Shown: one piece after another, positions 48,201-57,329 of the stretch
How positions within the stretch are numbered: position 1 is the stretch's first letter
Layout: each line of letters begins with the position of its first letter
IMG/VR virus record: IMGVR_UViG_3300050821_005171
Location: 1-64,000 of that record
Strand: one strand, 5' to 3'
Source: a virus
Length of the DNA stretch: 64,000 nucleotides
Program-made: the position numbers and the translations under genes
The notes under the pieces: generated by a model
Databases searched by the model: none
What the model saw: the letters and a program-made list of their open reading frames with translations, nothing else
Told to the model about the DNA's origin: nothing

Positions 48201-48416
48201 TTAGCCGAGTTGATCCTTATCGATCGTTACTCGGACGTTGCCGGCCTTTCCGCCGTTGATCGGAACCCGCACAGCAACAGCTCCGCGATGTCCCATTTTC
48301 ACAAATTCAACGATGGCTTCCGTGATTGCCTTGCGAGCCCTGGCTATCACCGCCTCGTTGTGCGAATCCACTTCATCATCGCGCAGGCAAGAAACCTGTT
48401 GGCTCACAAAATTCAC
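48201..48416 (-). CDS. Small DUF2292/YezD-like protein
   Basis: AIVEFVKMGHRGAVAVRVPINGGKAGNVRV; same layout as 20853..21155. Confidence 0.5.
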   Translation of the reverse strand: MNFVSQQVSCLRDDEVDSHNEAVIARARKAITEAIVEFVKMGHRGAVAVRVPINGGKAGNVRVTIDKDQLG

Positions 48417-48462
48417 CGCACGTCAAGAGTGTTGATTAAAAACTCAGGGAAGTCAATGGATT

Positions 48463-48816
48463 TCAGTCTCGAAGTTCAACCGGAGATTGTTCATACAACG
48501 ATTCGAGCCTGTCGTTTGCCCGCTCGATAATGGCTGCGGCCTGTGGTGTCAGGTCCTCTGGATAGCAGTCGACATGCCACACCCCATAGTCCCAAAACTT
48601 GCCGCCGAAGCCCAGATTTCCCTCAAATCGGTACTCAGTGCAGTCCTCGGCGACATTCAGGCAGAATGACTCGCGATCGTGCTCCTGAGCATCGCACTCC
48701 TCGACCAGGACGTTGTAAATTTCGTTGGCCCAGGCTCTGGGAATGTTCATTTTTATTTGGTCGCGGTCGTCTGGAAGCGTTGGAATGTAAAGACTTGAGA
48801 GCGACTCCGAAATCAT
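48463..48816 (-). CDS. Hypothetical phage protein (true start may be 48750)
   Basis: EYRFEGNLGFGGKFW...VDCYPED. Confidence 0.6.
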   Translation of the reverse strand: MISESLSSLYIPTLPDDRDQIKMNIPRAWANEIYNVLVEECDAQEHDRESFCLNVAEDCTEYRFEGNLGFGGKFWDYGVWHVDCYPEDLTPQAAAIIERANDRLESLYEQSPVELRD

Positions 48817-48822
48817 TTCGGA
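48806..48822. promoter_or_regulatory. Motif B copy in palindrome TCCGAAATCATTTCGGA
   Basis: 17-bp inverted repeat just after the protease stop. Confidence 0.65.
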
Positions 48823-49698
48823 CTACACAGCAGGACTGGCGAACCCATCTGCTCCGATCGAAAAACCACGGAATTTACCAGCCAGGATGGCTTGCCTGAC
48901 CTCTGGATCATAGACCCTAAACGCAGCGAGCCACGTTCCTTCAGAGATAGGCACGCCGTTCACGACGTAATTTGGCGACCTGACGATATAACTCTCGACG
49001 AGCGGGCAGGATCGCTTGGAGAGCACAACTTTGTGCATGACGCCTGCGCGCTGACAGTCCTCGACGTAGGCGTGTGCGGCCAGTTCGATCTCACCCGCAT
49101 CGATCATGTCACCCTGCTTATCAACACGGTCCGGAACGAGAATCGGGCCGAGAATGTACGTGTAGTCTGGCGTGCTGTCCACCTTAGTGAACTCTGACGT
49201 CATCTCGGCGTGTGCCGCAACCTGTCCCGAGCCAGATGCCGCAAGGGCCGGTGCTGCTTCAGGTGTTTCTGTTGCCACTTCGGTGTCCTCCGATTCTGAA
49301 TCCGGTAGTTCGGCTGGCACCTGTGCCAAGCCAGGGTCGATAGTGATCTGCCCATCAGGCCCCACGCACACCCAGGTAGACCCGGTCCCCCAGTCGTTCG
49401 GCGCCGCCGTGCCGACGCTGATCCTGTCCGGGTGGATGCCGAGCGCCTGGGCGACGCCCTGTTTCCAAGGATAGTCAAACTGAGCAGCATCACGATCCGG
49501 CTTGAGTACCACGCGGGCAATTTGCTGGGCACGATCGTAAAATAACTGTCCCTGGTTGCTCGGTCCGCAGATGACATTGATGCTCGCCAAAAGAGTGCGG
49601 GCTACGTCTTCGGAGTGAGACTTTCGCAGGATCGCTTTGTGGAGCTTGCGACGCACCTTGCGTTTCTGTCGATTGGCTTTGCGAATCTGATCCTGCAT
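48823..49698 (-). CDS. XkdF-like prohead serine protease
   Basis: PILVPDRVDKQGD...GVMH...VESYI...GTWL...FRGFSIG. Confidence 0.85.
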   Translation of the reverse strand: MQDQIRKANRQKRKVRRKLHKAILRKSHSEDVARTLLASINVICGPSNQGQLFYDRAQQIARVVLKPDRDAAQFDYPWKQGVAQALGIHPDRISVGTAAPNDWGTGSTWVCVGPDGQITIDPGLAQVPAELPDSESEDTEVATETPEAAPALAASGSGQVAAHAEMTSEFTKVDSTPDYTYILGPILVPDRVDKQGDMIDAGEIELAAHAYVEDCQRAGVMHKVVLSKRSCPLVESYIVRSPNYVVNGVPISEGTWLAAFRVYDPEVRQAILAGKFRGFSIGADGFASPAV

Positions 49699-49701
49699 TG
49701 T

Positions 49702-52329
49702 TTACTCCAGCACCGAGGTCACTGTACACCGACAGTTCACCCGATTCTCAGGTGACAAGCCGGGGTCACCCGGAAATCTAGCTCGCTCACCATTACTGAG
49801 AATGAACAGGCGACCTTCTCCGACTTGGGTGCCGTCCTCGTCGAGCACCACCCAATGGCCACCACGCTGCACGATCATTTGGCCAGCGACTTCTAGGTGC
49901 ATCTCGCGAGTGTTTCTATCTCGGATTGCCACCCACTGACGGCCTTGAACTATGTTGCGAGCGATGAGGTCCTCCTGAACGCTCCACTGCCCTCCCGCAA
50001 GCGCTGCTGTGATTTCCGTTCTCGCAATTCTCTCGGCTCGCACCTCGTTGAATAGGTTCTCCGAGTCCTCTGAGATATAGGTGGCAGTGTCCTCTGGCGT
50101 CCAGCCTTCCTCGATCGCACGCAACAGGATGTCACGCAGTCTCTGTCGCGTCGTGCCTGTTACGTTTGACCGCCAATACTGAGCGTTAAAGTCCTGGGCG
50201 AGCGTGTGCCTAATGCGCTTCACCATAGACGGGGGTATCTCCATAAACCCCTTGATCCGTCGCGATGATTTCGGCTCAGCAACCTCAGCTTTCTCAAATC
50301 TGCTGACGTGTCTCAGTTCAAGCTGAGCGCCAATGATTGCCGCATCGAACATCGGTTCCACAGCGGCGTCGAGCAGCAGCGCCTCTGATCGGCCCGGAGG
50401 TAACAGCACCCAAGCACTGTCAGGATTCACGGCCTTGGTGAGTCTCACGGTGCCGTTATCACCAGCAGGGACTAGCGATTTTGTGATACCGGAGAACGTC
50501 TCATACCGACTAATCACTTCGGACTTCTGCGTCTCCAGCGCTCCCAGTAGTGCCTCAGTGAATGGAGCCACCTGGGACTCGTGGGCGGCCTCCCACTCTC
50601 GCACCAACCGGTCCACCTGCTCTGACTTGAACAGCCGGCTCCGCTTCTTGGGCTCGAACATGGGATGTCTAGGCTTGTTTGGATCGCGAGCGTATCGAGG
50701 TGGAGACTCGACTGGAACTTCTTCTTGATCTCCGCCGTAGCCAAGATCACCCCCCTTCGTCGAGCTAACGTCCCGCTCGCCAAATGCGATCAGGTCGTCT
50801 AGCGACTGGCGCTCAGGACCGAGGCGAACCTTCTCCTGCCGTCCAAACAGTGGCGGCTTGCCGTTGCTGGGCGCGTGGCCGTTTCCATTGGCCGAGCCGT
50901 TCTGGCCATCCTGCCCTGGGGCCTTGCCGCCGAACGTAGTTGGCTTGGATGGCGGGGTATGGTTCTGTGACGCACCATCCGGGCTCGGCTGTCCCTCTCC
51001 CGGTTTGGCAGCAGCCACGATCCCGGGTTGCGGTTCGCCTTCGTCGTTGCCCCACTCGGCCATCTCGGAGCTTTTGGGGACGATCGGGCGCTTGCCACCA
51101 CGGCGGAACGGTTTCTTCTGGAACAGTAACTCGCGAACCTCGTTCTGATCGAGGGCTGCCCCTTTGATGCCCAGGTCGACCGCTTTGTGGATCAGTTCGA
51201 TGTCGCTTGGGACCACTGGAGAGAAGTATGCGAAGCAGTCGCCCGCAGGTTCAAATTCGCGCACAAGGCTGCGGGTAATGTGGGCTGCGTTGTGCTTCAG
51301 GCGGGGGTTGATTGTGTTTTCTGCCCATGCCTGAATAGCTGATTCCATATTGCTCCGGTTCGCATCGGCCACAAGGCCCACGACAGCTTTTGGCACTCCA
51401 AAAGTTGCTAATGTCATGGTTAACGTCGTATCGAGTGAGGCGCGAAAATCCATTTCTTTCACGCTTGACTGTTGCATCATCGGCTTCAAACCAGAGTGTG
51501 TAATCATCGGCCGCCCGCTATGTTCGACGAGCGTGTGCTGATTGATGATCTGGTTGTAAACCTGCTTCACCTGTGGCTCTGTCAGTGTCTTATCAGTGCT
51601 GAAAATCTGCCCAGGTGGTGCATAGTTCTGGAACTGATTCCGCAGCCGATCGTAGATCGTCATCTCGATGTCGGTCGTGTTGCCGCAGTGCCACAACGTC
51701 GGCGAGCCGTAGAACCTGCCGTTGCCGTACCAATCCAGGTTCGGCTCCATGAACTCGACGATCTCACTGGCAGGCAGGATTACCGGACGCTCAGTGTGCC
51801 ACAGATTCCTGATCTCGTATGCCTCGACATACTGCGTTCGGCTGGGAATCACCCGCACGAACTGCGAGGGCATTGGCCACACTTCTTTGGTGGTGCCGAA
51901 CAAATTACGGCCCTTCCACCAATAGGCGTTGCCCGTGAGCATCTTCCAGCCCTCGGTGTAGAACCACAGGTCCCACTCCGTGAACCTGGGATTCACGTTG
52001 AAGAAGAGCTGGCACAGTGGGTGATTGGAGGGCAATGGCTCGACGACCGTACCCGACTTCTTCGGGATGCGGCGGAGCATCTTGATCTCTTGCATCGCCA
52101 TCTTGCGGGCAATGGCCCCGGAGGCGATGAACACCGAGTTGCGGTTGGCTCGCAGGAATGCGTTGCGGTCGATCAGCCACTCGGCGCGGGTGTGCCGGTG
52201 GACAGGGCCGACCATGATCTCGGCGAAGTCGGCTGTGGATTTTTCCACGCGGACAGGGCGAGCGTTCCGGCCGCTGAGGGTTTCGGCGCGGCTGAATGCA
52301 TGATCTAGTGTGGCGCTAAGCGTCGTCAT
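49702..52329 (-). CDS. Portal protein fused to a Mu gpF-like head morphogenesis domain
   Basis: GNAYW...FGVPKAVVG...ANRSN; C-terminal RIARTE...FPGDP...NCRC. Confidence 0.9.
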   Translation of the reverse strand: MTTLSATLDHAFSRAETLSGRNARPVRVEKSTADFAEIMVGPVHRHTRAEWLIDRNAFLRANRNSVFIASGAIARKMAMQEIKMLRRIPKKSGTVVEPLPSNHPLCQLFFNVNPRFTEWDLWFYTEGWKMLTGNAYWWKGRNLFGTTKEVWPMPSQFVRVIPSRTQYVEAYEIRNLWHTERPVILPASEIVEFMEPNLDWYGNGRFYGSPTLWHCGNTTDIEMTIYDRLRNQFQNYAPPGQIFSTDKTLTEPQVKQVYNQIINQHTLVEHSGRPMITHSGLKPMMQQSSVKEMDFRASLDTTLTMTLATFGVPKAVVGLVADANRSNMESAIQAWAENTINPRLKHNAAHITRSLVREFEPAGDCFAYFSPVVPSDIELIHKAVDLGIKGAALDQNEVRELLFQKKPFRRGGKRPIVPKSSEMAEWGNDEGEPQPGIVAAAKPGEGQPSPDGASQNHTPPSKPTTFGGKAPGQDGQNGSANGNGHAPSNGKPPLFGRQEKVRLGPERQSLDDLIAFGERDVSSTKGGDLGYGGDQEEVPVESPPRYARDPNKPRHPMFEPKKRSRLFKSEQVDRLVREWEAAHESQVAPFTEALLGALETQKSEVISRYETFSGITKSLVPAGDNGTVRLTKAVNPDSAWVLLPPGRSEALLLDAAVEPMFDAAIIGAQLELRHVSRFEKAEVAEPKSSRRIKGFMEIPPSMVKRIRHTLAQDFNAQYWRSNVTGTTRQRLRDILLRAIEEGWTPEDTATYISEDSENLFNEVRAERIARTEITAALAGGQWSVQEDLIARNIVQGRQWVAIRDRNTREMHLEVAGQMIVQRGGHWVVLDEDGTQVGEGRLFILSNGERARFPGDPGLSPENRVNCRCTVTSVLE

Positions 52330-52664
52330 TAAGCGACATTCAGGTTAGGGCCACCCTGGGACGGCATCTGGATCGACGTAGGGCCGCTCTTGGGGGCACT
52401 GAGCAAGGCGATCTCAGCTTCCAGACGTTCCCGGTCACGGGCTAGGGCTAGTGAAAGCTGATCGACGGTGAGGCCCTGTACCTTGAGCTTCATGTTGGCC
52501 ACTTCCAGGTCAACAGACAGCTCTTTGATCCGAGCGGCATCACCCTCGGCCTTCTCGTCGAGAATGCTGATCCTGTCCTCGTAGCGCTGCTTGATCCGCT
52601 CGAATTCTTGGCGTTCGCGGCGTCGGCGCACGAAGCGGGCCAGACGATATAAGACCTTGAGCAT
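52329..52664 (-). CDS. Coiled-coil hypothetical protein
   Basis: TAATG coupling to portal. Confidence 0.6.
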   Translation of the reverse strand: MLKVLYRLARFVRRRRERQEFERIKQRYEDRISILDEKAEGDAARIKELSVDLEVANMKLKVQGLTVDQLSLALARDRERLEAEIALLSAPKSGPTSIQMPSQGGPNLNVA

Positions 52665-52695
52665 CAGGACATTGTGATTGACGGGGCCTGATGCG

Positions 52696-52914
52696 TCAAC
52701 GCGAAGGGGCCGGATACTGGTGATCGTCGGATTGAACCAGCTTCACTTCAAGCTGCTCGACCTGTTCGGTGAGCTTCTTTTCGTCGTGGGCCAGCATGTT
52801 GATGTCGGCTTCATGGCCCTCGATCTCGGTGCGGCATTTGCGCAGCTTGCGGCGAGCCTCGATCAGTTTGGTGCGAATCTCATCTGACGAGTGTTTGGTG
52901 CCAATCTCGCTCAC
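52696..52914 (-). CDS. Coiled-coil hypothetical protein
   Basis: GTGA overlap with methyltransferase stop. Confidence 0.5.
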   Translation of the reverse strand: MSEIGTKHSSDEIRTKLIEARRKLRKCRTEIEGHEADINMLAHDEKKLTEQVEQLEVKLVQSDDHQYPAPSR

Positions 52915-53729
52915 TTTACAGCGCTCCGCTTCCTGCGTTTGCGGACCACTGGCACTATCGGGTCCTGGTTTCTTGCTGGGAACATGGCCCCCTTTGCGAT
53001 CCGCTCTTCGATCGACTTGCACGTCTCTTTCGAGATGTCGATCGTCGTACAGTTTCGGCCCAGCGCGTTGGCCACAACGATCGTTGTGCCAGAGCCACCA
53101 AACGGATCAAGAACGCGATCGCCTGGATTCGTATAGGCCAATATCAACCGGCGAAGATAGTTCTCTGGGAGCTGGTTCGGGTGCCCCTTGCGCCGCTCTT
53201 GGTTGTTGCCTTGGACACGTCCCCAGAATTCACCATCACTAGGTACTCCCCAGACTGTCCCAGGAAGCCGCATGCCGCCATTATCGTAGTCATCGATACG
53301 GCGGTCTCCGTAGATGGATGCCCGGTCGCTCGGGACGAGGACTGCTTCTGGATTCCAAGTGAAATCCTTGCTCTTTGCGAAGACAAGGCAGTGGGCATGG
53401 CCGTTGATCCAATTGCTGCGTCCGCATTGTCCGAAGCGGTAGTGCCAGAGAATCCAGGCGATTCGCTTCATGCTAAAGGTCACAGCATTCTGGACGTACT
53501 TGACGGCCAGCTCGTCGTTGCCGTGCAGGCACAGCACTCCGTCGTCAGATAGCGCGTCCCAGCAGGCGTAAATCCATTGCGCAGTAAAAGTATCGAAATC
53601 CGGGCGAGAATCCTTGTAGCCGATGTACGGGTGCCCGATGTTGAATGGCGGATCGGCGAAGATGAAATCGAACTTCCCAAGCGACGGGATTAGGTCGATG
53701 CAACTTCCGCAGAGGACTGTCGCTTGCAT
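52911..53729 (-). CDS. Site-specific DNA methyltransferase (N6A/N4C, beta class)
   Basis: FADPPF (motif IV) before HPNQLP and VLDPFGGSGTT (motif I). Confidence 0.9.
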   Translation of the reverse strand: MQATVLCGSCIDLIPSLGKFDFIFADPPFNIGHPYIGYKDSRPDFDTFTAQWIYACWDALSDDGVLCLHGNDELAVKYVQNAVTFSMKRIAWILWHYRFGQCGRSNWINGHAHCLVFAKSKDFTWNPEAVLVPSDRASIYGDRRIDDYDNGGMRLPGTVWGVPSDGEFWGRVQGNNQERRKGHPNQLPENYLRRLILAYTNPGDRVLDPFGGSGTTIVVANALGRNCTTIDISKETCKSIEERIAKGAMFPARNQDPIVPVVRKRRKRSAVK

Positions 53730-53735
53730 TGGCTC

Positions 53736-53936
53736 CTACTTCTTCGCGGATCGTTTGCGAGGCCCAGCCATCCGGTCCATCGCCTTGTCAAAATCCCGCA
53801 CAGCCATCTCGATGATGGCCGTCCTCGTCAGGCCCTTGTCTATCGCCCGGCGGTTCAGGATTTCCAGGCAGCCGGCCGAGAGTCTGTAGGTCGCGTGTTT
53901 TTTGCCCGACTCGCCGTTAGCGACAGCAGATTTCAT
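53736..53936 (-). CDS. Ribbon-helix-helix (CopG/Arc-like) regulator
   Basis: ATYRLS...LNRRA..KGLTRTAIIEMAV. Confidence 0.75.
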   Translation of the reverse strand: MKSAVANGESGKKHATYRLSAGCLEILNRRAIDKGLTRTAIIEMAVRDFDKAMDRMAGPRKRSAKK

Positions 53937-53990
53937 CGATCACCCTTGATGGTTCTATTTGCGTGCATCTACAGTGAGTCCTGTTGATAA

Positions 53991-54127
53991 GAGGCAAAGG
54001 GAGCTGAAGTTACGCTTCATTTGTGGTGCTACCTCGGCCCATTGCAGGCAGACGGACAAGTCACGTCCACCGCAAGCCGGGGCTGAGTGCTGGCAAGTGT
54101 CGTCGTAAACCAGCTCCCCGTTGCCTC
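53991..54127 (-). ncRNA. Putative structured RNA/5' leader
   Basis: Ends pair (GAGGCAAAGGGAGCTG with CAGCTCCCCGTTGCCTC); internal stems; starts just after a motif A promoter. Confidence 0.45.
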
Positions 54128-54139
54128 TGTTAGATAGTC

Positions 54140-54168
54140 ATTGTGGCACATTGTGAGCACAAATGCAA
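54140..54168 (-). promoter_or_regulatory. Promoter TTGCAT-N17-CACAAT with motif A, overlapping the terminase ATG
   Basis: GTGCTCACAATGTGC at 54146-54160 (minus). Confidence 0.7.
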
Positions 54169-55923
54169 GACCCACTTGAGGAACTTAGGCACCTTAGCGA
54201 AGAAGAGCAGGCTCAACTAGCCGAATATGCTTGTGCAATTCAGGAGGCCCAGGGCGGGGACCCACGCAATTACGTGATGCTGCAATGGCCCGATCTGATT
54301 CTGGACACGTTCCAGTGGGACATGCTGCTGAGTCTGTTTGATCCAGCAATTCGCTCAACGTGGGTTAAGGGGAACACGGGATGTGGCAAGGGGGCCGCAT
54401 CGGCCATCGGCATCTGCGCGTACTACGACGTGTTCGAGGACGCAAAGATCGTCATTACGAGCAGTTCGGTTGAGCATGCGCTTCGCGTCATGTTCGCCGA
54501 AGTGGCAAAGTTCTACAAAATGGCCAAGTACCGACCCCCGGGAATAGTGCTCGCTGAATCTGTGCGGGATCACGAACAGCACAGAATTGATGTGGTGAAT
54601 CCTGAGAAGGACGAAGGTTTTTCCGGAGCACACGGAGAGCATCTCCTGATCGTGATCGACGAAGCAACGAGCTTCATCGACTCACGGTTTGCCCTGGCAA
54701 TGACGCAAGCCAAAAAGTTGCTGGCAATTGGGAATCCGCGAACGCTGGCTGGCGTCTATCGCATGGCCTTCGGTCGCATCGATCCCAACCGCACACATAC
54801 AGCAATGGGGCAACATGGACCACAGCGACTCATCAGCATTCCTGGATCAATTTGCATGAATGTTCGGGAGAAGCGATTGGCCTCTCCTGTTGGGCCTCCC
54901 GGCGGTATGGAGATCAGGGGCCGTAAGTTCGAGTACGGCGAGAGAATCCCAAGCGATTTCTATCAGGACGTGAAACCGATCATTCCAGGGCAAACGGCCT
55001 ACGACGAATATCTCGCACTGCTAAATGATCCTGACCCGTTCGTCGTGAAGGTGTTTTGTAAAGCGGAGTTTCCGGACGAAGATCCATATACCCAGTTAAT
55101 CTTGGCGTCGTGGCTCGATCGGCACTGCAAGTATTGGGGCGAATCGGTTAAAGCGTATCGTGACGGAACTGGAGATATCGATGACCTTCTTCCGGTCACG
55201 GTTTTTGGATTGGACCCTGCCAGTACGCTGACCGGAGATGCCACGGTTTTGGCAGCCGGAGGGCCGAAAGGAATTCGCTGCATATACACGCGAAAATTCG
55301 CAAAAACGTCACAGGTGGCCGCCTGGGCAATCGAGCAAATAGAAAGGGACTTTGGAATCAGCCTTGAGTCCGGCTGCTTTCCAATTTCGATCGACTGTGA
55401 TGGTCTCGGTCGTGGGGTGGTCGATTACATGACGGACAAGGGAGTCGCCGTTATCCCCATCATGGGCAACAGCACACCGCTCTACGACATCAAAAAGTAC
55501 GGGAATAGGCGTACTGAGATTTACTCAGAGCTTGCTAAGCGACTTAGCCCTGATGACCTTTTCGCCGATCGGCCATACGCCATCCCTGAAGACGGACTGC
55601 TCAAGGAAGAGCTGTGCGTGGCTGAGAAAGAATTCATCGGCAACGATGGGCTGCGTTATAGGCTGACACCGAAGGATAATCGCGGAAACAAGAACATCAG
55701 AGGCATCAAACAGCGCATCGGACGATCGCCAGACCGCTCAGACGCAGTCGCCCTGTGCCACGCAGCACTGATGGAATGGGAAGAGTCGCAAGGGATTTGC
55801 CATCAATTAGACCCCTCCGCATTTGAGCCTGATATGTCCTGGTCGGACGAAGAGTCCAAGAGGCCCCAGATCGTCGAAGATTGGTGGAAACCTACCACTG
55901 ACAAGAACAAGCCAATCAAGTAA
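54163..55923 (+). CDS. terL: Terminase large subunit
   Basis: Walker A GNTGCGKG, Walker B IVIDEA, nuclease FGLDPA and GRSPDRSDA. Confidence 0.92.
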   Translation: MQDPLEELRHLSEEEQAQLAEYACAIQEAQGGDPRNYVMLQWPDLILDTFQWDMLLSLFDPAIRSTWVKGNTGCGKGAASAIGICAYYDVFEDAKIVITSSSVEHALRVMFAEVAKFYKMAKYRPPGIVLAESVRDHEQHRIDVVNPEKDEGFSGAHGEHLLIVIDEATSFIDSRFALAMTQAKKLLAIGNPRTLAGVYRMAFGRIDPNRTHTAMGQHGPQRLISIPGSICMNVREKRLASPVGPPGGMEIRGRKFEYGERIPSDFYQDVKPIIPGQTAYDEYLALLNDPDPFVVKVFCKAEFPDEDPYTQLILASWLDRHCKYWGESVKAYRDGTGDIDDLLPVTVFGLDPASTLTGDATVLAAGGPKGIRCIYTRKFAKTSQVAAWAIEQIERDFGISLESGCFPISIDCDGLGRGVVDYMTDKGVAVIPIMGNSTPLYDIKKYGNRRTEIYSELAKRLSPDDLFADRPYAIPEDGLLKEELCVAEKEFIGNDGLRYRLTPKDNRGNKNIRGIKQRIGRSPDRSDAVALCHAALMEWEESQGICHQLDPSAFEPDMSWSDEESKRPQIVEDWWKPTTDKNKPIK

Positions 55924-55993
55924 AATGCGGGCAGAAAGGCGGCCGCTATTCCGCCTCCTGCCCTGTCCACAACATGCTTTAAGGGAGCACGTC

Positions 55994-56743
55994 ATGTCTG
56001 GAAATCAGTCTACAGGTCGCGCCCGAAGAGAACCACTCGTAAAAGTTGGCGACCGATATGAACGGCTCGTTGTGACGTCCGTATCGCACATGAAAACGAG
56101 TAGCGGGTGGAGATGGTTTGCATCAAGCATTTGTGATTGCGGGAATGCAAATACATCACGCGACGATTCTTTAGTTAGTGGTAAGGTCCGTAGTTGCGGA
56201 TGCCTACAGCGAGAATCTGCCGGAGCGATAAATCGCAGCCACATGCTCTCGAACAGCCCGACATATTCAACTTGGGCCAACATGCTAACGCGATGCACAA
56301 ACCCCAAGTTTGAAGACTGGGACCGATACGGCGGACGGGGAATTAGGGTGTGTCAGGCTTGGTTTTCATTCGAGGCATTCTTGGCAGACATGGGCGAGCG
56401 CCCGTCTCCGTCCCACAGCCTCGATCGCTATCCCGATCAGAACGGCAACTACGAACCGGGAAACTGCCGCTGGGCTACTGGAAAAGAACAATGCCGAAAT
56501 CGGCGTGACAACAATCTCATCACCTTTAACGGAGAAACGAAAACTGCCGCAGAATGGTCCGAAATCACCGGAATCACGCCATCTACACTAAGGGCACGAA
56601 CCAGGGCCGGATGGCCTGCCGATAAGTGCCTCACGACTCCAGTCCAGAGTGCGGGATCACGGAGCAGCGGAAAAGGGACCCCGCTATCTGTCTCCGAAAT
56701 GATTTCGCAACAGCACCCAACTCAAGCACCGGCAACAAATTAA
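55994..56743 (+). CDS. HNH-type homing endonuclease
   Basis: CDCGN...SCGC...YGGRGIRVC..W..F..F..DMGERP...SLDR...YEPGNCRWAT. Confidence 0.9.
   Translation: MSGNQSTGRARREPLVKVGDRYERLVVTSVSHMKTSSGWRWFASSICDCGNANTSRDDSLVSGKVRSCGCLQRESAGAINRSHMLSNSPTYSTWANMLTRCTNPKFEDWDRYGGRGIRVCQAWFSFEAFLADMGERPSPSHSLDRYPDQNGNYEPGNCRWATGKEQCRNRRDNNLITFNGETKTAAEWSEITGITPSTLRARTRAGWPADKCLTTPVQSAGSRSSGKGTPLSVSEMISQQHPTQAPATN
56696..56713 (+). promoter_or_regulatory. Motif B copy (GAAATGATTTCGCAACAG)
   Basis: ~52 bp upstream of ATG 56758. Confidence 0.65.
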
Positions 56744-56757
56744 AGGCACCGCGACCA

Positions 56758-57084
56758 ATGGCCACCGATCAATCCGACCCACTCGGAGAAGTTGCCTACA
56801 CGGCAGAGATGCTCGTCCCAGACTCTGATCAGCCGTGCGACTGTGACGTCCCAGGGCAGGCCCCGTGTATGCCACCGCCTCCGGAAGAGTCGCACGTCTA
56901 CCGCCGTCCGACTGGAATGCGACTGAGGGAGCTTGTGGCCCTGTTGCATTCCCACTTCGACAATGAGCAAGGCGAGATCGATAGCGACCGGATCGTTCAA
57001 GTCTTTGCCGTAGAGCGCGGCATGAATCCGCTCCGGAGACTGGAGATTATGGACGGCGTTCTGATTCTGTCGCCGGATTGCTGA
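56758..57084 (+). CDS. Hypothetical protein
   Basis: ORF after motif B. Confidence 0.55.
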   Translation: MATDQSDPLGEVAYTAEMLVPDSDQPCDCDVPGQAPCMPPPPEESHVYRRPTGMRLRELVALLHSHFDNEQGEIDSDRIVQVFAVERGMNPLRRLEIMDGVLILSPDC

Positions 57085-57107
57085 GCGCGCAGGCCGACTG
57101 CACACTC

Positions 57108-57329
57108 CTACCTGGGAATCACTTTATTGATGTCGTCCGAAGTCGGAGCTTTGCTCATGATGGCGGACATCAACTCCCAGGCCACGCTCCGCTCTATGCA
57201 GGCATGCTTCAGATCGCCGCTCTTGTCATGCTTAGTGGCGTTGGACACGGCCTGGGCGAACTTTTTCACCAGCTTCACGAGCGCTTCATCATCCATGACG
57301 ATTGGATCGGCCTTGCGTGCTCTCGTCAC
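57108..57329 (-). CDS. Hypothetical protein
   Basis: Coupled operon. Confidence 0.5.
   Translation of the reverse strand: MTRARKADPIVMDDEALVKLVKKFAQAVSNATKHDKSGDLKHACIERSVAWELMSAIMSKAPTSDDINKVIPR

Noticed and set aside
692-52308. Many long antisense or shadow ORFs in the track (e.g. 692..1546, 46957..47661, 51472..52308)
   Set aside because: They lie opposite well-supported genes in GC-rich DNA and carry no motifs
52911-53729. Restriction-modification system
   Set aside because: No cognate restriction enzyme adjacent; orphan methyltransferases are common in phages
53991-54127. tRNA, tmRNA, SRP or known riboswitch identity
   Set aside because: No T-loop/CCA or other diagnostic motifs recognisable; kept only as an unknown structured RNA
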